From a virus (Duplodnaviria > Caudoviricetes), in the IMG/VR virus record IMGVR_UViG_3300032226_000446, positions 1 to 44,593 of that record: DNA of 44,593 nucleotides; one strand, written 5' to 3'. The position numbers and the translations under genes were made by a program. The stretch's first letter is position 1. The number at the start of each line of letters is the position of its first letter. Shown here one piece after another: positions 15,990 through 26,080 of this stretch. The notes beneath the pieces are model-generated. The model saw nothing but the letters and a program-made list of their open reading frames with translations. It did no database searches and had not been told where the DNA came from.

Positions 15990-16222
15990 TGATAGAACAA
16001 CTACAATTTTTGAGCAGCTGCGGAAAACCCTGGGCTGAACAACGAGCAGAAATGGCGTTGGCAATAACCGAAGCTCTAAATCGCCAAGAAATATCTGAAT
16101 CAGAATATCAGGCTTTGATGGCTGATATCATCAATTCAGATAAACTGAATGCAGAAGCAGATGACATGGATATAAAAAACATGCTGGTTTCTTGTATTAT
16201 GGTTGGAGCCAAGCTAGTATGA
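15989..16222 (+). CDS. hypothetical protein
   Basis: Coupled to both neighbours. Confidence 0.7.
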   Translation: MIEQLQFLSSCGKPWAEQRAEMALAITEALNRQEISESEYQALMADIINSDKLNAEADDMDIKNMLVSCIMVGAKLV

Positions 16223-16701
16223 GAATTAGTGAAGTCCTATCAGAAAATATCTTTACCTGCGACTATCATTCAGTGATGGGGGCTGTGGCTAAACTCTATA
16301 AAGATCACTATGATGTCAACATTTGGGAATTCGCAGACTTTCATGATGATGCTGCAAAGATATTGATGAAAAATCATCCCAGCCAAGAAGAATTAGACTA
16401 TATCGCAGACACTGGACAACTTCCAGAACGTTTTGTAGATCTAGATTTTCCTATCACCGACGAATTGTTTTCGGGCGGAATAGGCGACACCTTAGATGAA
16501 GAGCCGGCTAGCAGAGAGCTGTGTCAAAGTGGAAAACCAGATTCAGCATTAGGTGCCAGTCAATTATCATCTTGTAAGAGTCAAGGATACAGATCCAGAG
16601 ATGGTGGTAAAAGCCATAAGGTAGGATCAGAGCGTGTCAAAGTCCGCGGCAAAAAGATCAAAGGTAAAAAATACGGCGGCCCACTTCCAGACTGGAGTTG
16701 A
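16219..16701 (+). CDS. hypothetical protein, possible internal head protein
   Basis: MRISEVLSE N-terminus; basic Cys-containing C-terminal module. Confidence 0.7.
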   Translation: MRISEVLSENIFTCDYHSVMGAVAKLYKDHYDVNIWEFADFHDDAAKILMKNHPSQEELDYIADTGQLPERFVDLDFPITDELFSGGIGDTLDEEPASRELCQSGKPDSALGASQLSSCKSQGYRSRDGGKSHKVGSERVKVRGKKIKGKKYGGPLPDWS

Positions 16702-16703
16702 TA

Positions 16704-17261
16704 ATGAAACCTCTGGTAGCCGGTGATCTATTAGTCAGCCCTCCAAATCTTCCAGATCCTAGATTTGATAGAACCGTAATATTCCTTACCTATAACAACA
16801 ATCGAGGTAGCTTTGGTCTCTGCATGAATCGTAGATCAGAACACACCGTCAATGAAATACTAAAACCTCTAGATATTGTACTAGATCAAGATCAACCTAT
16901 GTATTGGGGAGGTCCTGTAAATCCTACTACAGTATGGATGTTGCATGACAGTGATTGGAGCATTGACAATACCGTTCCCATAGATGAACATTGGAGTTTA
17001 ACCAGTAGCACATCTATGTTTGACAAGATAAGTTCAGCAGGATATCCTAACAGATTTAGAATATTTTTTGGACACAGCAGCTGGGGCCCAGAGCAGTTGA
17101 TTCGAGAATTACAGGGCAAAGAACCTTGGCATCATGAACACAGTTGGCTAACTGTGAAAGATCCTGATCCGTCATGGCTGATAGACTGCGATCCTGGAAA
17201 CCTCTGGACTACTAGTTGCAGTATCTGTAGTCAACAAGCGGTTGAGGGCTGGATGAACTAA
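16704..17261 (+). CDS. yqgE: YqgE/AlgH (DUF179) family protein
   Basis: LLVS.P.L.DP.F.RTV, GGPV, G.SSW...QL..E...SW. Confidence 0.85.
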   Translation: MKPLVAGDLLVSPPNLPDPRFDRTVIFLTYNNNRGSFGLCMNRRSEHTVNEILKPLDIVLDQDQPMYWGGPVNPTTVWMLHDSDWSIDNTVPIDEHWSLTSSTSMFDKISSAGYPNRFRIFFGHSSWGPEQLIRELQGKEPWHHEHSWLTVKDPDPSWLIDCDPGNLWTTSCSICSQQAVEGWMN

Positions 17262-18167
17262 ATGAAACACCATCAATTGGTCAGTATACGGCCACAGGGA
17301 TGGTTCTATGTAAATTGGTGGTTGATGAATCATTGCAACTGGAGCTGTTCCTATTGCAATGACCTTATACGTAATGGCAGTATCAATCTTCCCTATATTA
17401 AAGACTGCCGAAACTTCCTAGATCAAGCCGATCGATTTGCTAGAGTAAGAGGTCTAAGGCTTCATCTAGAGTTCACTGGCGGCGAAGTCACTGAATGGAA
17501 TCAATTTCTAGAACTAATAACTTATGCCAATAACGATCTAGATGCTCTTGTAAAATTTAGATCTAACGCCAGTGCCGCGAACGCTCAGTGGCAAGAATAC
17601 ATGAAGCATACTGACATCGTGCTTTTAGAAATACATCCCCAACATACACAGCTTTCACATTTCTTTATCTGTGTACAGTCAGCTAGAGACCAAGATGTAG
17701 AAGTAAACATCAATGTCAATATGTTACCTGAGAGATGGGAAGAACTAGAATCTACTCTAGAAAGGATACAGAATCGCTGGCCAGAGATTGTGATAAATCG
17801 AAAGATGTTGTTTGTTGATCCAGTCTATAACACACAGCCCAAAGACTATTCTGAATCACAGATACACCTGCTAAAGAATCAGAAACAAGATCTAATCTAT
17901 ACTTCAGGTAAACAACAAGAGTATTCTGATTATCAGACTTTGGTGTTGGAAGGAAGGAATCAGTTCACTGGATGGAAGTGTAACATTGGATTGGAACAGA
18001 TCATCGTAGATGCCTGGGGTCATGTATATAAAGGACATTGTAGGAAGAATGGCTACATGGGGCTAATATCTCAGGAGACCTTACACTGGCCGTCGGAACC
18101 AATGATCTGTGATCTGCCTCTGTGCAGAAATGCCTTTGATATCCAGGCAACAAAAAATTCTATTTAA
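17262..18167 (+). CDS. radical SAM protein with C-terminal SPASM/twitch-like Cys
   Basis: CNWSCSYC motif, FTGGE, C-terminal C..G...C...C...C. Confidence 0.85.
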   Translation: MKHHQLVSIRPQGWFYVNWWLMNHCNWSCSYCNDLIRNGSINLPYIKDCRNFLDQADRFARVRGLRLHLEFTGGEVTEWNQFLELITYANNDLDALVKFRSNASAANAQWQEYMKHTDIVLLEIHPQHTQLSHFFICVQSARDQDVEVNINVNMLPERWEELESTLERIQNRWPEIVINRKMLFVDPVYNTQPKDYSESQIHLLKNQKQDLIYTSGKQQEYSDYQTLVLEGRNQFTGWKCNIGLEQIIVDAWGHVYKGHCRKNGYMGLISQETLHWPSEPMICDLPLCRNAFDIQATKNSI

Positions 18168-18828
18168 AGTTTTTCTTAGAGTGGAATACTGTGCGATATG
18201 CTGCCTGCCACAAGAACTCTAATCGACTTCTTTTACGAGGCTGATGCACTGCCGACATCGTCCAATCATCTCTCTTGAACGGTATTACCTGGATGAATGG
18301 TGCTCCTGACTCTATTTTAACTGGTTCATCTGACAATAAAAATCCTGGAATCTCAATGTTTAGGTCATGTTGATCTGTGTCCACTATCGCAGGCAATATC
18401 TGATATCTCTGTTCGAAATGATAGAATGGCTGCTGTATGATACAACTGTAACCCGGAGGTGTTTTGATTATCCAAGGTTGAGCTACTTTAAAGTAATGCT
18501 TCTTTTCTCCAGCAATTGGTACCGGCATCTGTTCGTGATGATGACTACTAATATGTGGTCTGTGTGGACAAATTGCTTGAAACTCTTGGTATTTGGTTTT
18601 AGATTCTGGAACCAAAGTCAGTTCATAAGTATTAAAAATAATATAGCCAGCCAACAGCATATCCTGGGCAGGCATACAGTTTTTAATTGTAGGAGCATCT
18701 ACACCTTCAAAAGGATTCTTTTTCCAAGTAGGTAAATCACGATACCATTCCGGAACGACCTTGTTGGCCGGTTTAGGAGAGAAAAACTCAACTACGGCTG
18801 CGTCATCACAAAAAAATTCTATCTGCAT
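18160..18828 (-). CDS. conserved hypothetical phage protein
   Basis: TIKNCMP, PWIIKTPPGYS, IVDTD, G.P..QVIPFKR motifs. Confidence 0.75.
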   Translation of the reverse strand: MQIEFFCDDAAVVEFFSPKPANKVVPEWYRDLPTWKKNPFEGVDAPTIKNCMPAQDMLLAGYIIFNTYELTLVPESKTKYQEFQAICPHRPHISSHHHEQMPVPIAGEKKHYFKVAQPWIIKTPPGYSCIIQQPFYHFEQRYQILPAIVDTDQHDLNIEIPGFLLSDEPVKIESGAPFIQVIPFKRDDWTMSAVHQPRKRSRLEFLWQAAYRTVFHSKKNFK

Positions 18829-18831
18829 CTC

Positions 18832-19092
18832 TTAGTTATCTGAGTCCTTGATTACATCAAATAATTTATTGCGATCTTCTTTAAATTTGATATAATTATC
18901 ACGTAGGACATCATAGATAAACCATTTAATCATAAAGCACAGAGTAACTGTCAGACCCGTAGTCCAAATGACTATTCCTGCGATTCCTGGAACGGCAACG
19001 CTGATTATCTGCAAGATAACGGCTGCAAAAAAGATCTTCTGCCAGGTTTCCCACTTGTCCCATTGCCAACGTAAAAATTTTACGATTTCCAT
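18832..19092 (-). CDS. membrane protein (2 TM)
   Basis: ORF track; hydrophobic core. Confidence 0.75.
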   Translation of the reverse strand: MEIVKFLRWQWDKWETWQKIFFAAVILQIISVAVPGIAGIVIWTTGLTVTLCFMIKWFIYDVLRDNYIKFKEDRNKLFDVIKDSDN

Positions 19093-19093
19093 A

Positions 19094-20413
19094 TTAAATT
19101 TTCTCTCCTATTTTAAATCCACGGAATCGCATGAATCTGGGGAATCTTAGACTGTAAGTACCATCTTGATTCTGCGTCACAGCATCTGCACGTACCTCTA
19201 CAACTTGTCCGATGAGACTTTCTTGCGCAGCCCAATATTCTTTACGATCACTGTCTGTAAAGCCTGAACCCACATTGACCTGTATTCGTTTACCATCATC
19301 CATTCCTTCACAGATCACCGCACCTAACCTGCCTTCATTACGGCCGGTGCCTTCTTCTACTGCTGTGATCTCAAGGCTGACTTCAATAAATGGTTTTTGT
19401 TTTAACCAATCAGTACTACGTTTACCTACCCACTTGCCATCTACAGATTTAATCATAATTCCTTCGAAGCCTTCTGCAACCATCTGCTTGTTGTAGTCAC
19501 GAAACTCGATTTCATCAGTAAATACATCTAAATTAAATTCACGCTGTGGAATAATTTCAATACAGCCTGAATCTGCGAATATCTTTGAAAAGTTCTCACG
19601 CAAGAAAGCACTACGTCGTCGTTGTCCCATGACGCTTTCGCCTTTCTTAAATTCTACCAGAGGAATCAGATCAAACAACATTAGTTTAGCATCCTGTGCC
19701 TGTGCGTTTTCTTTGCGATGTACTTCTTTCATTAGGGCCTGAAAAGAACTAGATACTACTTCCCCATCAAATACATAACTGCGACCCCAATTGTCCATGT
19801 TGTCTTCAAAGGCCTTGACAATATGCGGAAAGTTATGTAATTCTTTACCATTGCGAGTATACATCATAACTGTACGGCTTTCAAAGTCTACCACAGTGAG
19901 CACACGAACACCATCTAACTTAGGTTCAACTAGTTTCTTGCCTGTGATCTTTGATTCGTGATTAGCACCGTCGTGCGCAAGCATGACTTCGAACACGGGC
20001 ACTGCGTACTGAGGTTTCTTCTGCTTCTTGGCTACGGTGTTCACAGACTTTTCACCAAAACCCGCTCGCATGTCTTTGATAAGGATCCTGCGATACCAAT
20101 CATTCCACTGCGCCTTGGTGGCTACATCCATGGCCAGTTTAACTGCATCACGTGCGGCATGTCCTGTGAGCTCTCTGCGATACAGAGCTTCTGCAAGTTC
20201 AACAAAGTTACTCCAGCTCAATCCTTGCCCATCTTGTTCACTGACAGGAACCTGCTTGATGCCAAATGTGTAGAGTTTATCCAAACCCATTTTAAGACCT
20301 TCGAAGAACTCATCTAGCCCTTCGTTCATTGCTTCTGCTAGGATCTGTTCTTTGGCTAGTCGACTATTGTCTGCTTCTAGCTTTTGGATAACGACTTGTG
20401 GTTGTGTGCGCAC
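19094..20413 (-). CDS. ATP-dependent DNA ligase
   Basis: Motif I EPKLDGVR, FDGE, EGIMIK, WLKQK, OB domain VGSGF, SLRFPRF. Confidence 0.95.
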   Translation of the reverse strand: MRTQPQVVIQKLEADNSRLAKEQILAEAMNEGLDEFFEGLKMGLDKLYTFGIKQVPVSEQDGQGLSWSNFVELAEALYRRELTGHAARDAVKLAMDVATKAQWNDWYRRILIKDMRAGFGEKSVNTVAKKQKKPQYAVPVFEVMLAHDGANHESKITGKKLVEPKLDGVRVLTVVDFESRTVMMYTRNGKELHNFPHIVKAFEDNMDNWGRSYVFDGEVVSSSFQALMKEVHRKENAQAQDAKLMLFDLIPLVEFKKGESVMGQRRRSAFLRENFSKIFADSGCIEIIPQREFNLDVFTDEIEFRDYNKQMVAEGFEGIMIKSVDGKWVGKRSTDWLKQKPFIEVSLEITAVEEGTGRNEGRLGAVICEGMDDGKRIQVNVGSGFTDSDRKEYWAAQESLIGQVVEVRADAVTQNQDGTYSLRFPRFMRFRGFKIGEKI

Positions 20414-20442
20414 TATTGCTCCTAAAATTTAACTGTGACAAC

Positions 20443-20471
20443 AGTATAACACCTTAGGATCGGTTTGTCAA
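20443..20471 (-). promoter_or_regulatory. sigma70 promoter TTGACA-17-TATACT for DNA ligase
   Basis: -35 at 20466-20471, -10 at 20443-20448. Confidence 0.85.
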
Positions 20472-22009
20472 TCAATTATTTCAAATAGTTTCAAACTTTC
20501 AGATTCTTGTTGTTTTTTTAACTCGGGCAGAAAAGATTGAATAGACTTAGTTTCTGCTTCGATATCCAAATTATCTAACCATTCTGTCACAAATGTTTTT
20601 GGTATACAGAAGTAGAATCTACGTCTTTGTTTCTTCTGTTCGCGATACCATTTAGACTCAGATATGTATTTGATATAACTAAAAACCAAAATGTAAGGAA
20701 CATCCTCCCCTACATTTTCTATCCAATATTTCTTAAAGTCATCAGTTAGATTAGTTTCAACATCTGCTAACGGGACAGTGCGACAACAACCAGGACTGCT
20801 GTTCCTTGTTATGTCATAACCGCAGTATCCAAAATAGTCTGTGCTACCATCGCTGGGATTAGAAGTAAAAAAGAAACTGGCACAAGGATTAGGGTTTAGT
20901 TCGTAGACAAATGCACATTTCTTCAATGCTTTGTTTCTAAAATAAAACCTAGTTTCTTTTCTATGTTGTATAGGTTTATAATTGTCGATGTTTGAAAAGA
21001 TACTAAGATCAGAAACATTCTTTCTAATGTCTGCGATATATTCTGCAATCTGTTGTAGTTTCGCATCTATTTTTGTAGAATCCTTGCTAGACAGTATCTT
21101 GAGATTGTATTTGTCTTTGTGTTTAAGATCTTCTCTGAGGCTATCTACAGTTGTTACACTGTTAAATATCTTTACTAATCTATCTTTAAATTCAATTTGG
21201 GTTTCTCCAGGAGAACTCAATAAGAAACTTTCAGCAGGAACACTACCTAAGTTTGTTTTTTTGAAAATAATCTGGAACGGAATATCAGGACTGACTAATT
21301 GCATAACTTCATCAACTGGCTCATCAACACCGTTATGTTTTATGTTGTAGTTTGTTTCATCTCCGCCACGTATCATAGAAAACATTATTAGGCCCTGTGC
21401 GACGTTTTCAAATCGTTTAGGATCTACATCCGATACTGACACAATCTTAAAGTATTTTTTTAAGAAGTTCTTAAATTTAGTATAAAACTTCGAGTCATTG
21501 GTTATTAAACTCTTTGGAATGATATAGTGTATTCCACCTTCATAGTTATTAGAGATCATGATATCTGCTGTCTTGATTATAAAAAACACAGCTTCTTCTC
21601 TAATACCTGTGACTCCGTACTTGTGTGCTAGTTTTTTAACATACTTCTTATGTGTAGTAAGACTGTATGCAGGACTACGGAAGGGAACATTACCAACAAA
21701 CGATACTCGTTTGTTTTCAAACGATAGTTCAGAATCAATATCGTAGAAGTTTGAATGTATGAGATCTAATTTAGGAAATCTTTCTAGACCTTTATCGTAC
21801 CATTCTTTATCTAGTTCAATACCAACGATCTTTTTATCTTTATACTTTGAAACCATTGGTTCGATAAACCCACAGCCACCAAAGCTTGGTTCTACTAATA
21901 TATCAGAATCTATATCAATACCGTCAAGTATTTCTTCTACTAGATCAGTTGGTGTAAAGAATTGTCCTAGTTGATACTTCTTCGACTGTATGTTCTTTTC
22001 TTCTAGCAT
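20468..22009 (-). CDS. amino (N6A/N4C) DNA methyltransferase, gamma-class-like
   Basis: LGQFFTP, VEPSFGGCGF (motif I), GIELD, variant motif IV GNVPF, IIP. Confidence 0.75.
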   Translation of the reverse strand: MLEEKNIQSKKYQLGQFFTPTDLVEEILDGIDIDSDILVEPSFGGCGFIEPMVSKYKDKKIVGIELDKEWYDKGLERFPKLDLIHSNFYDIDSELSFENKRVSFVGNVPFRSPAYSLTTHKKYVKKLAHKYGVTGIREEAVFFIIKTADIMISNNYEGGIHYIIPKSLITNDSKFYTKFKNFLKKYFKIVSVSDVDPKRFENVAQGLIMFSMIRGGDETNYNIKHNGVDEPVDEVMQLVSPDIPFQIIFKKTNLGSVPAESFLLSSPGETQIEFKDRLVKIFNSVTTVDSLREDLKHKDKYNLKILSSKDSTKIDAKLQQIAEYIADIRKNVSDLSIFSNIDNYKPIQHRKETRFYFRNKALKKCAFVYELNPNPCASFFFTSNPSDGSTDYFGYCGYDITRNSSPGCCRTVPLADVETNLTDDFKKYWIENVGEDVPYILVFSYIKYISESKWYREQKKQRRRFYFCIPKTFVTEWLDNLDIEAETKSIQSFLPELKKQQESESLKLFEIID

Positions 22010-22016
22010 GGGATAT

Positions 22017-22745
22017 TTAGTAAACTAAATTTTCGTATTTTGACAAATCAAATCTGCCAAGGTCTGTAATAAATGGTGTACCGATAGTAGCATCTAAAAA
22101 GAACAGCTCGTGGAATCGTTTAGTACGATTGATTTGTCCTTCTACTGTGCCTCCGTCATGCTGACTGCTCAATGGAATCTTTCCAGTTTCATTTTTCTCT
22201 TTGCCAGCTTCTCGACTGATCAAATGATACGGAACCCAGTAATGGAATGCACCGTTAGCATGCACAGCACTGAATAATCCATAGTCAGCATTGGCAGGAT
22301 GTACCTGTTGAAAACTTCCGCCCGATCCGCCTTTGAAAGAACCGTCTTCAGAAGATTCTATGATCTTGCGACGTTCTCCTGCTTCGAGAGCATAACCTCT
22401 TTCGTCAATGTCATTGCCCGAATCTGGAACGGTAATCGCTGAATATTTGATTTCTACTTTGGTACCATGTAGAGAATATTTGTCTACTAGTTCTTGTGAC
22501 AATGTTGCATCGTGCCAAGCATCAGATCGATCACCTAAACTTACACAGTTGTTCCTATACATATCTTCCCAGATGTCGCCTTTGCGTTTAGAAGCGATAG
22601 GTGCGAAGATAGGCCAATACATTACTTCTGGCAAATTATAAACTTCACACCAACGTTTCTTACCCATTTGAATTTCCAATTTACGGTATTGTTCGCTAGT
22701 GAGATTGCCAATATAATTCAGCACATCATCGTCAGTGAGTTGCAT
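22017..22745 (-). CDS. putative PD-(D/E)xK restriction endonuclease-like protein
   Basis: KG..WE, HD...VEIKYS, FQQVHP...DY; adjacent to the MTase; start moved to MQLTDD. Confidence 0.5.
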   Translation of the reverse strand: MQLTDDDVLNYIGNLTSEQYRKLEIQMGKKRWCEVYNLPEVMYWPIFAPIASKRKGDIWEDMYRNNCVSLGDRSDAWHDATLSQELVDKYSLHGTKVEIKYSAITVPDSGNDIDERGYALEAGERRKIIESSEDGSFKGGSGGSFQQVHPANADYGLFSAVHANGAFHYWVPYHLISREAGKEKNETGKIPLSSQHDGGTVEGQINRTKRFHELFFLDATIGTPFITDLGRFDLSKYENLVY

Positions 22746-22767
22746 AGGTTCCCCTGTAAGTGAAGTT

Positions 22768-22796
22768 ATTGTATTACCTACAGAGGTTTTTGTCAA
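22768..22796 (-). promoter_or_regulatory. sigma70 promoter TTGACA-17-TACAAT
   Basis: -35 at 22791-22796, -10 at 22768-22773. Confidence 0.75.
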
Positions 22797-22799
22797 GTA

Positions 22800-23312
22800 T
22801 TAGGACAAGTAAGTCTGCCAACTAATATGTGCTAAATGATACCCTTTACGTTTACGCTTTTCGGCTAGATCCCAAAAATGAGGTTTGTAAGGTGTCTGTT
22901 TTGGTTTGAATTTACCAATGTGAGCAGCCTTGCGATAGTTACAGGGCTTGCAGGCCGTGGTAGAGTTTTCCCAAGTAGTTTTGCCGCCCTTTGAAACAGG
23001 TATTACATGATCCAATGTAGCTGAAGTATCTGATACATCATCACCGCAATATTGGCACAGGTACTCATCTCTCAAGAATACGTTGCGTTTACTCAGTCGC
23101 ATATTATGTTTAGGCTTTTGATATTCTTTAAGCATAAGAACAGCAGGTACACGAGTACTCCACCGTTCAGATCTCACGATCCAATCGTCGTACCATTCCA
23201 GGACTTCAGCCTTGTCCAATACCATATAACGTACGGCCTCCTGCCAATCTACAGTTGACAAAGGCAAAAGACTAATTGGTTGCATATCTGCGTTTAATAA
23301 AAGAGTAGTCAT
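22800..23312 (-). CDS. HNH endonuclease (McrA-like)
   Basis: RD.Y.CQYCG, TLDHVIPVSKGG, WEN...ACKPCN. Confidence 0.9.
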   Translation of the reverse strand: MTTLLLNADMQPISLLPLSTVDWQEAVRYMVLDKAEVLEWYDDWIVRSERWSTRVPAVLMLKEYQKPKHNMRLSKRNVFLRDEYLCQYCGDDVSDTSATLDHVIPVSKGGKTTWENSTTACKPCNYRKAAHIGKFKPKQTPYKPHFWDLAEKRKRKGYHLAHISWQTYLS

Positions 23313-23416
23313 AGTCCTAAAATGGTTTTGCTTATTTAACACAACGATGTTACACTCAGTTTACGATAAATGCAATCGTTTTTTTGATAAAATATACTAA
23401 CCTGGAGAAATACTCA

Positions 23417-24007
23417 ATGACCCTTGTACCGATGGTAGTCGAATCTACATCAAAAGGTGAACGTGCTTTTGACATCTATAGTCGACTACTCAAAGAACGT
23501 ATCATTATGTTAAACGGTCCTGTAGAAGACCATATGGCCAATCTCATAGTGGCACAGTTATTATTTTTAGAAAGTGAAAATCCCGATAAACAAATCAATC
23601 TCTTTATTAATAGCCCCGGCGGAGTGATCACGGCCGGTATGAGCATATATGATGTCATGCAGTTTGTAAAATGTGATATAGCCACTTATGTTATGGGGCA
23701 AGCCTGTTCGATGGGTAGCTTCCTAGCACAGGCAGGTACTACTGGTAAAAGATATATGTTGCCCTACGCTCGTCATATGATACATCAGCCATCAGGCGGC
23801 ACTAGAGGTATGCAGAGTGATATCGAAATACAGTACAAAGAAATTACTAAGATGAAAAAGATACTCACAGAACTCTATGTCAAGCATAATACCAAAGGCA
23901 AGACCTATGAAGATTTCGAGCGTGATATGGATCGTGACACTTTTATGTCAGCACAAGAAGCTCTAGACTACGGGCTAGTTGATCAAATCATCGAGAAGCG
24001 GCCATGA
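23417..24007 (+). CDS. clpP: ATP-dependent Clp protease proteolytic subunit
   Basis: [23 protein letters not shown] (Ser), MIHQP (His), DRD (Asp). Confidence 0.95.
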   Translation: MTLVPMVVESTSKGERAFDIYSRLLKERIIMLNGPVEDHMANLIVAQLLFLESENPDKQINLFINSPGGVITAGMSIYDVMQFVKCDIATYVMGQACSMGSFLAQAGTTGKRYMLPYARHMIHQPSGGTRGMQSDIEIQYKEITKMKKILTELYVKHNTKGKTYEDFERDMDRDTFMSAQEALDYGLVDQIIEKRP

Positions 24008-24396
24008 CGCAGTTACAGGGCAAAATAGACAAGGGCTGGGGCTACGAAATTATTTGGGCTACCAACGACAAATATGCAGGTAAGATCTTGGTCTTTGAAC
24101 GAGAAGGAGCCAAGTTCAGCATGCATTTTCACAAAGAAAAAGATGAAACTTGGTTTGTCAACGCAGGTCAGTTTAAATTGGTCTACTGCGATACTAAAAC
24201 AGCTACCTACGTAGAAAAAGTCTTAAACGAAGGTGATGTATGGCATAATCCTCCGATGATGCCTCATCAGCTGATCGCCTTGAAACCAAACTCTATGATC
24301 TTTGAAGTTAGTACCGCAGACAGTGTGGAAGACAATTACAGAATTATACCCGGAGATAGCCAGAATGTCACAGACATCTCAGCAACCCCAACCTAA
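24004..24396 (+). CDS. cupin protein (mannose-6-phosphate isomerase-like)
   Basis: KGWGYE, SMHFH..KDETW, PH, EVST...EDNYR. Confidence 0.8.
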   Translation: MTQLQGKIDKGWGYEIIWATNDKYAGKILVFEREGAKFSMHFHKEKDETWFVNAGQFKLVYCDTKTATYVEKVLNEGDVWHNPPMMPHQLIALKPNSMIFEVSTADSVEDNYRIIPGDSQNVTDISATPT

Positions 24397-24979
24397 GATC
24401 ACGTGGACTGGTGGAGAATTCCGCACCAAATGCGTAGTAGGTCTAGATCGAGACGGAGTAATCAATCGAGACTTGGGAACATACTGTTTCAAAGCAGAAG
24501 ATTTTGATCCCATAGAAGGAAGCCTCGATGCCGTTGCGGCTCTTAGGAGAAAAGGCTACAAGATTGTCATCATCACTGATCAAGGCGGTATTGAAAAAGG
24601 TCTTTACTCTCAACAAGACGTAGACACACTCCACGAACATATGTTAAAATTATTTGGAGAAGCAGGCTGTTTCAGTATCGATGCTATCTACTATAGTGCC
24701 AGTAGTCGTAAGGAAGATCCTTTTGCCAAACCCAATACCGGCATGTTCAAACGCTGTGAAAAAGAGTTTCGAGATATTAGATTCAAAGAAGGCTACTATG
24801 TAGGAGACAAAATCAAAGATCTCAAGGCTGCTGCAAACGTTGGCGCTAAACCTGTGCTGGTGAGAACCGGGTATGGCCTTGATACCGAAAAAGAATTAAA
24901 TCGGTACGCTCACCGTGATCTCAAACGCAGAACCTTGGTGTTCGATACTCTAGCAGATTTTGTTGAAAGCCTCCCATGA
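24365..24979 (+). CDS. gmhB: D-glycero-D-manno-heptose-1,7-bisphosphate phosphatase (HAD IIIA)
   Basis: LDRDGVIN, ITDQGGI, KP..GM, VGDK..D, VRTGYG. Confidence 0.85.
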   Translation: MSQTSQQPQPKITWTGGEFRTKCVVGLDRDGVINRDLGTYCFKAEDFDPIEGSLDAVAALRRKGYKIVIITDQGGIEKGLYSQQDVDTLHEHMLKLFGEAGCFSIDAIYYSASSRKEDPFAKPNTGMFKRCEKEFRDIRFKEGYYVGDKIKDLKAAANVGAKPVLVRTGYGLDTEKELNRYAHRDLKRRTLVFDTLADFVESLP

Positions 24980-25380
24980 AAAAAGTCATAGTAAATGGAA
25001 CTTTTGATATCCTACACCTTGGCCACCTCAGACTATTGGAATATGCAAGAAGCATACCCCAGTCTTATGTGTATGTTCTTATAGACAGTGATCGAAGAGT
25101 CCGGGAACTCAAAGGTTCAGATCGTCCTGTGCATAATGAATATGAAAGAGCCAGCTTCTTGTTCGCTCTCAAAGCAGTAGATCGAGTAGATGTGTTTGAT
25201 ACAGACAGTGAACTTGTAGATTATATCAAGAACTTTAAACCAGATGTAATGGTCAAAGGCAGCGATTATCGAGACAAGCCTATAATCGGTGCAGAATATT
25301 GTAAAGAAATTAGATTTTATGACAGACTCGAACGCTATTCAACTACAAACAAAATACAAGATATTATTGATCGGCGATAA
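24976..25380 (+). CDS. rfaE2: heptose-1-phosphate adenylyltransferase (HldE domain II-like)
   Basis: NGTFDILHLGH, SD..V..LKG..RP, KGSDY, STT. Confidence 0.85.
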   Translation: MKKVIVNGTFDILHLGHLRLLEYARSIPQSYVYVLIDSDRRVRELKGSDRPVHNEYERASFLFALKAVDRVDVFDTDSELVDYIKNFKPDVMVKGSDYRDKPIIGAEYCKEIRFYDRLERYSTTNKIQDIIDRR

Positions 25381-26080
25381 CTGCGAAGACGTTTACCAAT
25401 ACGGAACAGTTGATCGCATCTCCCCCGAAGCTCCAGTACCAGTGTTTAAATTCAGCCACGAAGAAAGGCGATCGGGTATGGCAGGAAATGTCGCTCGTAA
25501 TCTAGAAGCGATGGGCTGCGAAGTGAATTATCTTCATGGCAAAACATCCACTAAGACAAGATTAGTGGATAGGCGCAGCCGTCAACATATCGTTAGGATA
25601 GATAACGATGTGATCTCTGATCCGCTGATCATAGAAAGTGAAATTCCAAATATATATGATGCTATCGTAGTCAGCGACTACGACAAAGGCACAGTCAGCT
25701 ACGAGCTTATAGAAGAACTGATTGCTACTAGTCTTCCTGTGTTCATCGATACGAAGAAAACTGATCTTGAACGTATGCAAGGAGCTTGGGTCAAGATCAA
25801 CGAATTAGAGTATTCTAAGATCAAATCAGAATGCACGGGACTGATAGTAACTCGTGGAGCCAACGGTGCAACTGCGGCCCATTACGATTTAACATTGCCC
25901 GCCCCTCAGGTCGAAGTGGCAGATGTTACAGGCGCCGGTGATACATTTTTAGCAGCACTAACTGTAGAATGGCTGGCCCATCGCAATCTGTCATCGGCCA
26001 TGCAGTATGCAATACGTGCCGCTAGTATTACTGTACAACATTTTGGAGTTTATGCTCCTAGACTAGAGGAAATAAAATGA
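25319..26080 (+). CDS. rfaE1: heptose-7-phosphate kinase (HldE domain I-like, PfkB family)
   Basis: RISPEAPVPV, SDYDKG, DVTGAGDTF. Confidence 0.88.
   Translation: MTDSNAIQLQTKYKILLIGDNCEDVYQYGTVDRISPEAPVPVFKFSHEERRSGMAGNVARNLEAMGCEVNYLHGKTSTKTRLVDRRSRQHIVRIDNDVISDPLIIESEIPNIYDAIVVSDYDKGTVSYELIEELIATSLPVFIDTKKTDLERMQGAWVKINELEYSKIKSECTGLIVTRGANGATAAHYDLTLPAPQVEVADVTGAGDTFLAALTVEWLAHRNLSSAMQYAIRAASITVQHFGVYAPRLEEIK

Noticed and set aside
15606-16222. Spanin or lysis cassette
   Set aside because: A lipoprotein is present, but there is no inner-membrane spanin geometry or adjacent endolysin.
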